DNA of 48,952 bases, the filler included, from Sphacelaria rigidula (Eukaryota): NCBI GenBank assembly GCA_964200075.2. It is 3 parts of 3 records of this genome, joined end to end, with 100 filler letters (N's around TTAATTAATTAA, not from the genome) between each part and the next. Parts side by side here need not be neighbours in the genome. Positions count along the whole stretch, not along the records: positions 32,703 to 48,952 come from CAXNAA020001428.1; 2 more parts are not named here. One strand, given 5' to 3'. The position numbers and the translations under genes were made by a program. The notes under the pieces were generated by a model that did no database searches, was not told the DNA's origin, and saw only the letters and a program-made list of their open reading frames with translations. Of the stretch, positions 38,752 to 48,952 are shown one piece after another. The first letter of the stretch is position 1. The number at the start of each line of letters is the position of its first letter.

Positions 38752-39169
38752 GTATGTTCTCTACGGTGGCTCTGCACTCGAGAGGTGTTTCGTTGGTATG
38801 GATTTTCACCATGCTGCTGTCCGTCTATTACACCCAGGATATTGAAACCCGACAGCTGCTTCGTGCGGGCAGAGAACAAATCGCCCCGCTGTTCATTGAC
38901 CCGTAAGTTATCATGTCTTCAAATTCAACATCAATGTTCTCCCAAAAGCTTCGCGAAACAGGAGGCTAATGAAACCTCATCCAGTCAGGCTGCCGATTTA
39001 TGGCACTACGCTTGAGGTAATTCTTCTATTTGTAGATGGCAAGAGCGTTTAGGATAGCAACGGGGTACTCGCTACCGTGAAATTGACCAACAGTTGGGAG
39101 TTCGTGTGTGACGTTCACTGTACTGTAGAAACAAACTTCAAACTTCCGCCGGAAACGCCAGAAGTCAGA

Positions 39170-39417
39170 AATTTCCGCGAAAAGGGGTGCGTGCAGGCAA
39201 ATTCAAATTTTCGATGTACCAGGACTAAACCCCTCTCGCGATAAAAAATAAAAGCAAGCACCGCAAAAGCAAGGTGGGGTACTATTATCAAAACAAATAA
39301 AAAAGAAAAAGCTCCTGTGTTGACCTTCCCCCTGTGTGACCCCGGCTGGTGCGCCCACATATACCTAAAGGTATGGACCGGCGCCCAGCATAGATGAGAC
39401 GACCACACACACACACC
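39170..39417 (+). mobile_element. tRNA-SINE copy
   Basis: Matches the body of the 3410-3610 and 26251-26567 copies and ends in gaccacacacacac. Confidence 0.7.
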
Positions 39418-39465
39418 AGGACAGAATTGAGTCACAGTAATTACAAGATTTTGTACTACAGTAGT

Positions 39466-40086
39466 AGGCGGTCTAACCATTCATTCTGTGGCATTTTGTG
39501 GTTTTCTCGTGATCGGCGATTTTCTTGGGCTCTTTTTGCTTGCCACCGCTTAGACTCACTTTTATGTCAACGAATCTCGATTTGTACAAATATGGGGATA
39601 TCAGCCCGTCTACAGGCGGGTTTCTCCCTTGGAATGATTTTTCGTACTCCAGTCCCTTGGGTCATTCTGGTGATTCTCCGATTTTCTGGGCGTTGGCTTT
39701 CGATACATCACCTTTCTGTTGAATCCGGGACACTCCCGCATCTCCCCCGATTTTTTCCCCATTAAAAAAAAAAAAATCGGGGGAGATGCGGGAGTCTCCC
39801 GATTTGAGGAGAGAGGTGGTATACCGAAAGTACACGTCCAGAGAATCGGAGAAGTGATCTAGCTTGCTCACAGCTAGTCGAAAAACATTGCCCAACCGAA
39901 TGGGGTCCGAAAAATCAATCCACGGGAGAAAATCACCTGTAGACGGACTGAAATCCTCATATTTGTACAAATCGAGATTCGTTGACATAAAAGTGAGTCT
40001 AAGCGGTGGCAAGCAAAAAGAGCCCAAGAAAATCGCCGATCACGACAAAATCACAAAATGCCACAGAATGAATGGTTAGACCGCCT
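39466..40086. mobile_element. Young fold-back element with ~180-bp TIRs
   Basis: AGGCGGTCTAACCATTCATTCTGTGGCATTTTGTG...(to about 39643) is a near-perfect inverted copy of 39909-40086. Internal hairpin at 39726-39801. Confidence 0.9.
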
Positions 40087-40817
40087 CTTATAGACTGAAA
40101 CAAGTCTCTGAGGAAAGTCGTTTCGGTCAGTCTCCAGAAAATGTTCTCAGAACGCGATCTTATAAGGCCATTTTTCATGAAAAAAGTCTCTGGGAACTGA
40201 CAACAATTTGCAGACAGCGGGATTTTGCCGAATCTCTCTGCGAAAAGCCATCGATTCGCAGAGACTTTTCTCTGTCTGGGAATTGTCGTTCCATCACACA
40301 CTCCTCGCATACAAGCGTAGTAGAGACAGTGCAAAAATAGTTGTCCATGTTGTATGTACAGTACCGTGGCAACAGCAAGCTGCTGCAGCACTCCGTGCAT
40401 CCTCTTCATGACCGTAGGACCAGGGACAGACAGTACAGACAGTGCAGTACTTTTTGCCGGCAGCGCTACTACCGTAAAATAGCACGATGTCACCCCTGCT
40501 GGCTGCGTTGACTGCTCATATCGTTTCATGCTCGTCGTGCCCGCCACCGAATGCGGACCCTGCAGTATTCTGCGTACTCAGACGGTTGCTACCGCACTAA
40601 CAATCACGTGAATTGTTGTGTGCGGTATGGCACAAACCGTCTGCTGCACACATTGCACCGCTTGCTACACGACTACTGTACCAAGCGGCGATCGGCTGAA
40701 GTAAGGGTGAATACGCCCATCATTTCAATCCCTATTAAACCAGCAGCTATCGTGCGTATGCGTGTGCGTATGCGTATGCGTGTGCGTGTGTGTTGCCATC
40801 CCATCCATCCTGTACCC

Positions 40818-41603
40818 TGACGGGATTATTTACGTGTAGGTTTACCGCACGATCACTTTTCAAAAAATCACTCTTGGAGAAGTGATTGCCCCCAGAATAA
40901 CCAGTGCTGAGTCTTATCGACAAGCAGTTTTGTCCAGAGAGAAGCCCAGATCTGCACAAAATTGAAAAATGCGGCGGTTTTGAAAGTGGCCGTTAGTCCA
41001 ATATCTCTGTACTGCTGCGGACAAGACTCAACGAGGTAGCACAGCGCCGACACACCGAGCCACGAAAACCGACGCACAGACACCCACCACTCACGCTCAT
41101 TAGATCAAGCGCTAGCTCTTCATCTACACACGACAGCCCTTTATTGACGGAAATCCGCCCAGCATTGGATGAAAGGTGGCCGCGTGCGTGTCGACTAGCA
41201 ACCGAACTCGTGCTGTTGCTGACTGTTTATGAGGGTGTACTATGTGCGCGTCTCACGCGAATCATCATTTCTCACTGAATTCTGAACCGATTCGAGCAAG
41301 GTCATGGACAGCATGCTCAGCTGAGGAGCAGCAATGAATGGAGCGGTGTGTTTTGGTTTGGGGAGGCAATGCGATCCCCAGATTCACGTCTGATTGTGTT
41401 GACTTGTCTATCAAGACTTCGGTTATGCCCCTGTCAACGGGATGTTTCGTGTTCCCGTTCGAGGTGTCACAAAATCACTTTTGCAAAAGTGTTTTTTCGC
41501 ACTTTTCGGGGGGGGGTGGTATCGCGGCAACCAATCATGGGTCGTTTTTCAGAAAAGTGATTTCTTGGAAAGTGATGATCACTCCTGATAAGATCCCGCC
41601 TCA
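40818..41603. mobile_element. Old MITE-like element with degenerate TIRs
   Basis: GACGGGAT...GATCACTTTTCAAAAAATCACTCTT corresponds to the reverse complement of AAAAGTGATTTCTTGGAAAGTGATGATC...ATCCCGCC. Confidence 0.45.
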
Positions 41604-42748
41604 TCACAGTGGGGATATTAACATATTTGTATCCGCTCCACATTCCGAGAATGTATATATATATATATATGTACTCAATAGTGGGTGACTTACGGGCTGA
41701 CCGGTCATCGGGGGTCCTGCCACGTCTCAGCCCATATTCTTACTCTTCGGTATTTTCGGTCGATCGAGCCTGTCCCGATCATATTTGCGAAGAAATGTAC
41801 AGTTTTATTTTTTCGAAATTCTATCTACTCATTGCGCTAGAGCCGGGAAACCATGTTTCATTGTCAATAACACTCTTCTGCTAAACGCGGTGTTTACCCG
41901 TATCGCCCGATAACACCAACTAACACTGACTTGAGCACTACGTTTCGAGGATGATCAGTTTATTGTACCAAAAATCACCGACACTAGCAATTTCGAGTTC
42001 TATCGACGAGTAGTACGCGAGGAAAACCCCAAAACACCCCTGAATAGTTCGACCGCCCACTGCTGTATCTTAAATTAGCGGTCGAAGTCCGTAACAAAAG
42101 GCATACCTCCCACAGATAAGGATTGCCCAAAGTGAATTGAAATATTTCAACGAGAAGCGCGACTGTGGCCGAGCGTTTAAAATCGGCACCCGGCCAAGAT
42201 TAATGACCTGTTCAAAATCAGGCGAAGGACTAAAACGTGGGACATGTCCTGTTTCACTGCAGTGCAGCACAAGCACATTCGCGCCTTCTCTCATGTGCTG
42301 ACATTGCGAAGACGGTCTGGTCCCAGCTGGGATTGCGTGGGCTGCGATATTGCGGTTGTGTTCGTCTTTGCAGAAAATGGTATTGACGGCGCGCAGTGCT
42401 GTGTACACACTCACTGTTAAATACTTCATGGTTCGTTTGCTGTCGAGTTTTCCGTAAAACTGTCAAGGCGCTGCCCGCTGCTGTGGCAGTCTGTTTGGCT
42501 GGTGCCGTGCGTTGGTGTCATGAGGTTGGAAGGCGTTTAATGCCAGACCAAGGACTGCGGGGCTGCTGATCTGATCTGGCTTGATCAGACCGAATATGAG
42601 TTTGGTAAAAGTGTATAGTCAGCTAGCGTCTCAGTTCCCGAAGCACCTACGATCGAGGAACGCTTGCAAGCCAGCTCGTTCGGTGAGATGTGAAAAGGCA
42701 CTAAACAGAAGGCACTTTCTGCGATAGCCCCCCCCCCCCCCTCCCAAA

Positions 42749-42800
42749 GCGAGCGAGGTCAATGGTCTGATGACTATGGCACGCATGATCATGAGTACAT
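42749..42800 (+). mobile_element. 52-bp 5'-truncated poly-C-targeting copy with 15-bp TSD
   Basis: CCCCCCCCTCCCAAA at 42734-48 and 42801-15. Confidence 0.85.
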
Positions 42801-42820
42801 CCCCCCCCTCCCAAACCAGC

Positions 42821-43237
42821 TTGGTCCGGTGAGAACCCGGCGTGCTCTGTCCCGGCTTTGTTGGGGCGGACCCCCGATGGGGTTGGCGTCGGTTGGCGAT
42901 AACGCCGTGAATAACACCACTCACTGCGTAAGCTAGGCGACGAGGTCACCGATTTCGTTTTGCGCGCTTGCGTTTTGCTTGCGGTAACCATAGTTGTAGT
43001 CGAGCTAGATCATAATGTGCGAAGTGGGAGAACTTCAATTCCGCACAATGGGGATGATTGTACTACGTGGTGTTTAAATGGTGAGACACCCATGAGGCAG
43101 TATACAAGCCGTCGCTGTCTCTGGAAATGGCGATACCTGAAAATAAAGCAACTCATNNNNNNNNNNCCCGTCCCGGCTTTGTAGGGATGCGAGGTCAATG
43201 GTCATACGTGACTATGGCATGCATAATCATGAGTACA
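42821..43237 (+). mobile_element. ~417-bp poly-C-targeting copy with TSD
   Basis: Flanked by CCCCCCTCCCAAACCAGC (42803-20) and CCCCCCTC--AAACCAGC (43238-53). Ends CATAATCATGAGTACA and contains a 10-N gap. Confidence 0.8.
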
Positions 43238-43939
43238 CCCCCCTCAAACCAGCCTAAAACTGTCACGAAGGAAAGGGTCATACAGCGCCTGATGTTTGGT
43301 TTCGGGCTGCATGAAGCGCCTTATGTGGGCGATATTGGCGAAAACGAACCCAACTGTAAGAATTCCCAGCTGCTCGTTGTGCTCGGCTTCTTTCACTTTG
43401 ATTTACGTGTAGATTTTGCCTCTCCAAACCAGCCAATTTTTTGGGGGGATGCTATCGCAGAAAGTGCCAGAGTGATAGAGAATACGAGTAAATCAGAGTC
43501 TTGAAGAATCAAGTGGATATTAACCTATCATTGTGTGAAGCTATAACTCGGGTGCTGACTTGTTGTGGACACGATAATAAAATTCGAAGCAGGTTGTTGG
43601 ATCAACCACCCTGCCTTGTTTACCTGCGTGTTTGTCGTGCATGAGCGTTTCCCCATTTTATTGGGGGACTGTTGTACTTTGTCTGTTTTGTGTCGAAACA
43701 TGTGAGTGGGAGCGTGATCGGCCGTGAGATGATACCGCACGAACGCTAGGTTCTAGGCTGCTCTGATGTCGTTTCCAAGTAGAATGGTGCAATCTGATTG
43801 GCAGTTACCGAGTAAAACAGCCCCGCTTGCTTCATGTCCTTGCTTTAGTGTACAACCCCTGTGCCATCACAATATACACTGCAGTATGCTGCACCGTACT
43901 GCAGCGCAGTGTACTGCACTCCCTGTTTCCTCTCGTTCG

Positions 43940-44129
43940 CGCTACTGTTACTCCGTTGCTGCCGTTAGCCCTCGGAGCGCCCTCGGCCTTCTGTTCCGAG
44001 AAACCGGCATCCACCAGCTCCTCCAGTCTCGCGGGGGATGACCATGATAGTTTAGGCTTTAGAACGAATTCGCACATTTTCTGCCTCGACCAGTAGGGTT
44101 GCAGGCGGGAGTGTGAAGCATCGCCCAAC
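43940..44129 (-). other. Possible exon with UBA-like motif
   Basis: CAG acceptor near 44130. Peptide RLEELVDAGFSEQKAEGAPRAN resembles UBA 'L..L..MGF....A..AL'. Confidence 0.3.
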
Positions 44130-44697
44130 CTGCATGTTCAAAACCCACAAGCCGTCCAAGATCATTCTCCATCCCACAACTCTAAGCGCCATGTACCCCC
44201 GCTTGGACAACACGGGGACGCGCTCCCCGCCGCGGTTCCATGCGCCCTGCTTGTGTGTGTGTGTGTGGTGTGTGCGCTTGTTGTGATAACCCCGCACTGT
44301 TGACTCTAGAATTGGGGGCGACCGTTTCCCTCTACCTCTCAAACGCAGGCTAAACACCATCGGAGCACATGACAACACCCACCGCCCGCAATCTCCAGCA
44401 AGTACGCCTCGCCGGGCAGCTGTCTCATAACACTACTCTTTGCGCGATCACGACGACCATATTGTTGTATCGTTCAAAATTCACTGTCCTGGGACGGCAA
44501 TGCCGCTGGCCGCGGCTTCACGCGCGAAAATCCTCCAACACGCGATACGCGCATGCCAATATAATTATCAAAACAAGATTATTGCTCAACCAATCCTCCG
44601 CGATAAAAACAATAACAACACGAGAAAACATGTTGAACGAAGAAGCAAGACACCTTGGACTTCGCGCAGCGGAGGGCAAGATCGTTTCGAGCGCAAT

Positions 44698-45273
44698 TCA
44701 GCGTAGAGGTTTGAATATATTTTGTATAAAAAAGACGGAGTGCGAGTATCTAGACTTGTATGATCGGGGGCGTACGAATAAAAAAAAGGTGATGGAAGCA
44801 CTCTCATGGCAGACCACCATCAATAGAAGAGACGTGAGGCCTAATGATAGCTCTCGCGGCGTTTGCAAGCGACCCTCCGCCCAGGAAATTGAATCGTTTG
44901 TTCCCGCCGTGGTTGGAATCTCTCTAACTTTGTCGTTTCCTATGTCGTCGTGTTCACCTTCTGGTGTAGCTGTTAGCTCGACGCTTTTCATGATGAGCTG
45001 ATATCTGAACACGGCCTCATGGTTGAAAACTCCGTCGCCTCGCTGGCAAGCTCTGAACTGACCATCTTCGACGAGGGCACCGCCCTGCATGTCTATCTTT
45101 GAATCCAGAGGGTGGTACCTGCAACACTTACATGGCAATCTTTGCAAGGATCCGACAAATAATGGTTCGTCTGAAAAATTCTTGCTTCTAGTGTAGTTGA
45201 TTTGCACGGTACGAATCAAACCTTGCGGTTTGTTTTCAGCGTTGCACACAAGGTACGGGCACCCGAGGCCCAT
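44698..45273 (-). other. 191-codon ORF of unknown function
   Basis: Long open frame with a globular-looking central region. No family recognised. Confidence 0.25.
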
Positions 45274-45710
45274 GGAATAAAATAAAATAAAAACGTACTG
45301 TAGGTACTTTCAGACCCGCGATCAACGTTTTCCTCTCTTTCGAGCAACCAGGTCTCAGAATTCGGAATTCGTATTCGCGGTGATCCGAATCAGCGATGAT
45401 CCGTCCGACCATTGAATGTTTGCAAACGGGCATAGCTGTCACACATGTCGAAAAAAATTAACCAAGCAACGCTACCATGCAAGTATGTTCGGATCGGTCC
45501 CAACACCTGAACGTGTGAAGAGGACGCGTTCAACGCCGGTCGTGTGAAAAGCTCTGCTTGAGTGTCTCCCAAAAAGGTGCGTTCATGCACAGAAAATGTA
45601 GATGCTTGTGACGTCGGAAATCACGAGTTCGCATAGGGAATGAGTGACACGCACTGGAACTTTACGCAACATCATCATTTTTCAATTAAAGTGTGCCCAA
45701 ATCTGGGGGG

Positions 45711-45726
45711 TGTACTCATGATCATG
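45711..45726 (-). mobile_element. 16-nt terminal fragment of the poly-C-targeting family with 8-bp TSD
   Basis: CTGGGGGG|TGTACTCATGATCATG|CTGGGGGG. Confidence 0.7.
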
Positions 45727-46188
45727 CTGGGGGGGGGCGTGCTCATCTGTTGCTTGCCTTGGCCATTGCACGATTGACCGTGCACCCCTTTCGAAACAGA
45801 GGACGATTTCTGCTCCTTATAGAGACACCTACGAATTTTTGGGTGCTCATTACGTGTCTTCCGTACACGACACGAAAACCTGTACATATATTTTCCTCTC
45901 ACTGCCTCGTCTTCCGTGGCCACAATCTATCTCCTAGTATGGCGACCATTTTCTCGCTAACATCTTTTGTACCAATCGATTTCATTCCACCTGAATGGGG
46001 AGGGTGGAGGGGTCCTCGAATTCCTAAACATTGAGGTAACGAGCGTAATCAGACCTCTCGAACTGAAATTGTTTCGCGTGTCAAAGAGTATATTTCTGGA
46101 CTAGGAGCGAGAATGCAGACTGTTTTCGAGAGAATGGTACGGCTTGACCGCGAATGGAAAATATCGAATGGAAATGGTGGTTGAAAAC

Positions 46189-46523
46189 CAGTAGACCCGA
46201 AGAAATATACGTATGGTTGGTACTCGATTTTACTTGATTTCGGACTGAAGAAAATTATGAGAAAATTCATGATTTGGGGCAGGTGAATAGTGAGCAGTAG
46301 ACCCAACTCGTCCAGAACGTGTTTCGGTCCAAAATCGGCTCGAAGGCGTCGATTTGAGCTCTGGCAATGCACACTTTGCTCATAAAACCCTTTGCATCCC
46401 CCTTACTCGAGGGTTCTCGGTATGCGTTGGTCGGGGCTAGGGTTAGCGTTAGCGTTAGCGTTAGGGTTGGCGGCATCTCCATAGTACCAACCATTATTCA
46501 CGTACATTTCTTCAGGTCCCCTC
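46189..46523 (-). mobile_element. hAT-type MITE carrying telomere-like repeats (second full copy)
   Basis: Perfect TSD TTGAAAAC (46181-88, 46524-31), TIRs of about 38 bp, and a TAGGGT/TAGCGT tract at about 46438-46468. Confidence 0.88.
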
Positions 46524-46692
46524 TTGAAAACGGCCAGTTGGGCGGCGCGCTCAGATGGGCACCTGAGTTCGGTACTCATTTTTTACGTGGCAAATGCAGT
46601 TCAGACTAGGAAGAACTACCCACTAGATCACGCGGTCGGCGCTGATTGAGTGAGGGGTCGCTAGTGGGTAGACTCTTCTAGCTAACAAAATA

Positions 46693-47263
46693 CAGTACCA
46701 CCTCTGTTCCGTAATGTAAGCGAGGTCCGGACAAGTATATGGCGGCATAACTCGGGCCCATTGTACTCTTTTCCCGAACGTTTTTTTTCTTCGGAGGAAC
46801 CGCGCTGCTGTACAACCCATCTAACCGGCCTCTTTTCGAGGCCCCACCTAAAGAGTTGCTTCCACCCCAGCAGAAGTCGCTCGATATCACCACCCCAACT
46901 TTGCCGCCCCGATGAAAAGCATTCCCGTCATGGACTGGAACATGTCTGCTGCTGGGGGTGTCTCTCAGGGGGCGAAACGCAAGAATTTCAGCGGTTCGGA
47001 GAGAGATGCGCTGATCCGGTACCTTCTTTCAGGCAGCAAAGATGGTGTACGAAGAAGCCGGAAATTTTCCGGATCAGGGGATAATAACGCACCATCCCCG
47101 CCTGTGTATGTATTTTTGAAAATTCCAATGTGTTACCTGATCACACACAAAAGTTGTTCCACCATCGACAGTGCCCAAATGTCCTGGTTTTAACTATTTC
47201 AGACAAGCCTTGCTAACATTCTGGACATCGTAACCTTGCTTACATTACGGGACAGAGGGACTG
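46693..47263 (+). mobile_element. Internally deleted mariner (DD39D/Stowaway-like) element
   Basis: TA|CAGT..CCTCTGT(T/C)CCGTAATGTAAGC(G/A)AGGT TIRs with TA TSD. The internal peptide KRKNFSGSERDALIRYLLSGSKDG resembles the N-terminus of DD39D-type transposases. Confidence 0.75.
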
Positions 47264-47743
47264 TATATTTTTCAATGAGCTCGAGAGCTCTCCGGTCACG
47301 ATACCGCGGCATTCTCTTGCCCCTCGCCAGCATCTCTACCAGCGTCCCCCAGGCTTGAACTCACTGACTTCTCCTCGTCAAGTTAGATGGAAACTAGCCA
47401 CAAATCGGCCCAGTCCTCGCTGACTTGAAAGGTATGTATTAGTAGGTAAATAGCTTTCTTTTTTTCAACGAACAAGAGACGTACTGGAGTTCGAGTGCCA
47501 CTTGCTTGTGATGTGTCGTTTTCTCTATCCCGAGCGAGTGTCCCTGATAGTCGCAGAAAGTGAGCCGGTTCAAGCCCTGGAATAATACTTCCGGTGACGC
47601 TGATGAGGGGTAAGGGCGCATCGGAATCGCGACCGGAGAGTATTCGTGCTCGATAATGAATACTTAATACAAATATAAACAGTGAATATGATGCTGATTT
47701 CACGTATGAATAGATACAGGCAGTCGAAAAGAGTTACAACTGT

Positions 47744-47745
47744 GC

Positions 47746-47777
<32 letters not shown>

Positions 47778-47784
47778 CTGTTGT
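47744..47784 (+). repeat. (GCTGTT/GCT)n microsatellite
   Basis: Tandem ctgttg and ctg units. Confidence 0.85.
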
Positions 47785-48133
47785 TTTCCAACAATTTGTC
47801 AAACGCGGTAGCGGCAACGGTGATCGAGGTGGAGCGGGAGGGGGGAGAGGAGGAAGGGGTAGTCTAGGCGGGGGAGAGCGTTTCAGCTGGGACAAGGACG
47901 CCTTGACCAGGGACGTGAAAAATCTCTTGTCCGAGCGTGCGGAGGATACTGTGCGGCACTACTGGGCTGAAACGAACGGTCAGAAGGAAGCAATTTTTGA
48001 ACAGAAAACGGGAACGGAGAATGAGCACAAAAAAACGAATAGGGGTTGATCGATCGATGTTCATTCGCTTGGTTGGTCTCTTTTTTTTTTCGTCAGGCGT
48101 ATGTTTTTTCTTCTTCGTTCGTTCAGACTATTT

Positions 48134-48136
48134 CTC

Positions 48137-48177
<41 letters not shown>
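48134..48177 (+). repeat. (TCTG)n microsatellite
   Basis: About 10 perfect units. Confidence 0.95.
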
Positions 48178-48952
48178 ACTTGTTTTTTTCACACCCTGGA
48201 TGATGACCATATATTACAGTGTCAAAAAGTGTAATGTGTACAGTATGGAATCTATTGTCTACTGCAAAAGACGCAATAGTCGATGCTTTACGCGGTATAC
48301 TTTTTGACAATCAAATCTAATGTCATCATCCAGTTTTTTTTTTTCTTGTCCGCCTACCTAGATAGACGAAACAGTGTCTGCTGTGTTATTTTGTGGTATA
48401 CTTGACATGACTTTACTGTACTGTGGTATACATGACATGAAAAAACGTGGTACACAGACATAGACACACGTCGGAAGCAAGGGCGTCCTGTGTAAGCAAA
48501 AAATAACGGAACTCTGTCTTGCGATAGTTAGCCAGGCCGAAATTTGAGTAGTATGCAGTGTAATGAGTGTGTTAACTGAGCGACAGGCTCAAAGATAGCA
48601 TGAGAGACTTGTGTCTGGTTTGGTCATCCGTTGGTTTGTTCGTGCCCCCCTCCCTGTAAATGCCGGGGCCGCAGACGATTAAGAGAAGTTTCCTAGGGGC
48701 TGTAACTTTTCTATGTAATTTATTTTAGCTTGCATGTACCAATCTATGCGGGGAAGGTGACTAAATTTTCTTGTGGTGGCGGATAGCAGTTCGGTGAATT
48801 TTTGCGGCTCAATAAATCAGATACTGTAAACACAAAAGCCCCACGCTGAATGACATGCCCAAAGAAGACATCAACTTCCTCCGTATACGTTTTTTTTACC
48901 TTCCCCCCCATATCCAAGCCGACAGCTCTCTCGACAACCACACCCACAACAC

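Noticed and set aside
42767-42775. Hammerhead ribozyme core CTGATGA in the poly-C-targeting element
   Set aside because: Not conserved in other copies (CTTATGA, CTCATGA), and no matching GAAA stem was seen.

Overview
A eukaryotic, intron-rich and transposon-dense genomic window from a draft assembly (two 100-nt gap linkers containing TTAATTAATTAA and two 10-N gaps). The sequence style, TTAGGG-type repeats and a signal-peptide-plus-Phe leader suggest a brown alga or other stramenopile, which is an inference. The one clearly recognisable host gene is the 3' part of a minus-strand BIRC6/UBE2Z/UBE2O-class ubiquitin-conjugating (E2) gene. It has five exons (13379 to 8862) with the catalytic GKVCLSLL motif and a phase-supported GC-AG intron. 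Most of the rest is TE debris: a decayed pogo-like transposase, a decayed LINE reverse transcriptase carrying a Sola2-type MITE, several hAT-type MITEs with 8-bp target-site duplications (TSDs; one family carries telomeric CCCTAA repeats), a head-to-tail stack of piggyBac-type MITEs, a deleted DD39D-like mariner, a tRNA-derived SINE and minisatellites. The most striking observation is a tail-less retroposon-like family with a fixed 3' end (...CATGATCATGAGTACA). Every copy with a visible end sits in a poly-C/poly-G tract; four copies have clear 8-18 bp TSDs, and copies are 5'-truncated to as little as 16 nt. No prokaryotic features, rRNA, intact tRNA or CRISPR array were found.
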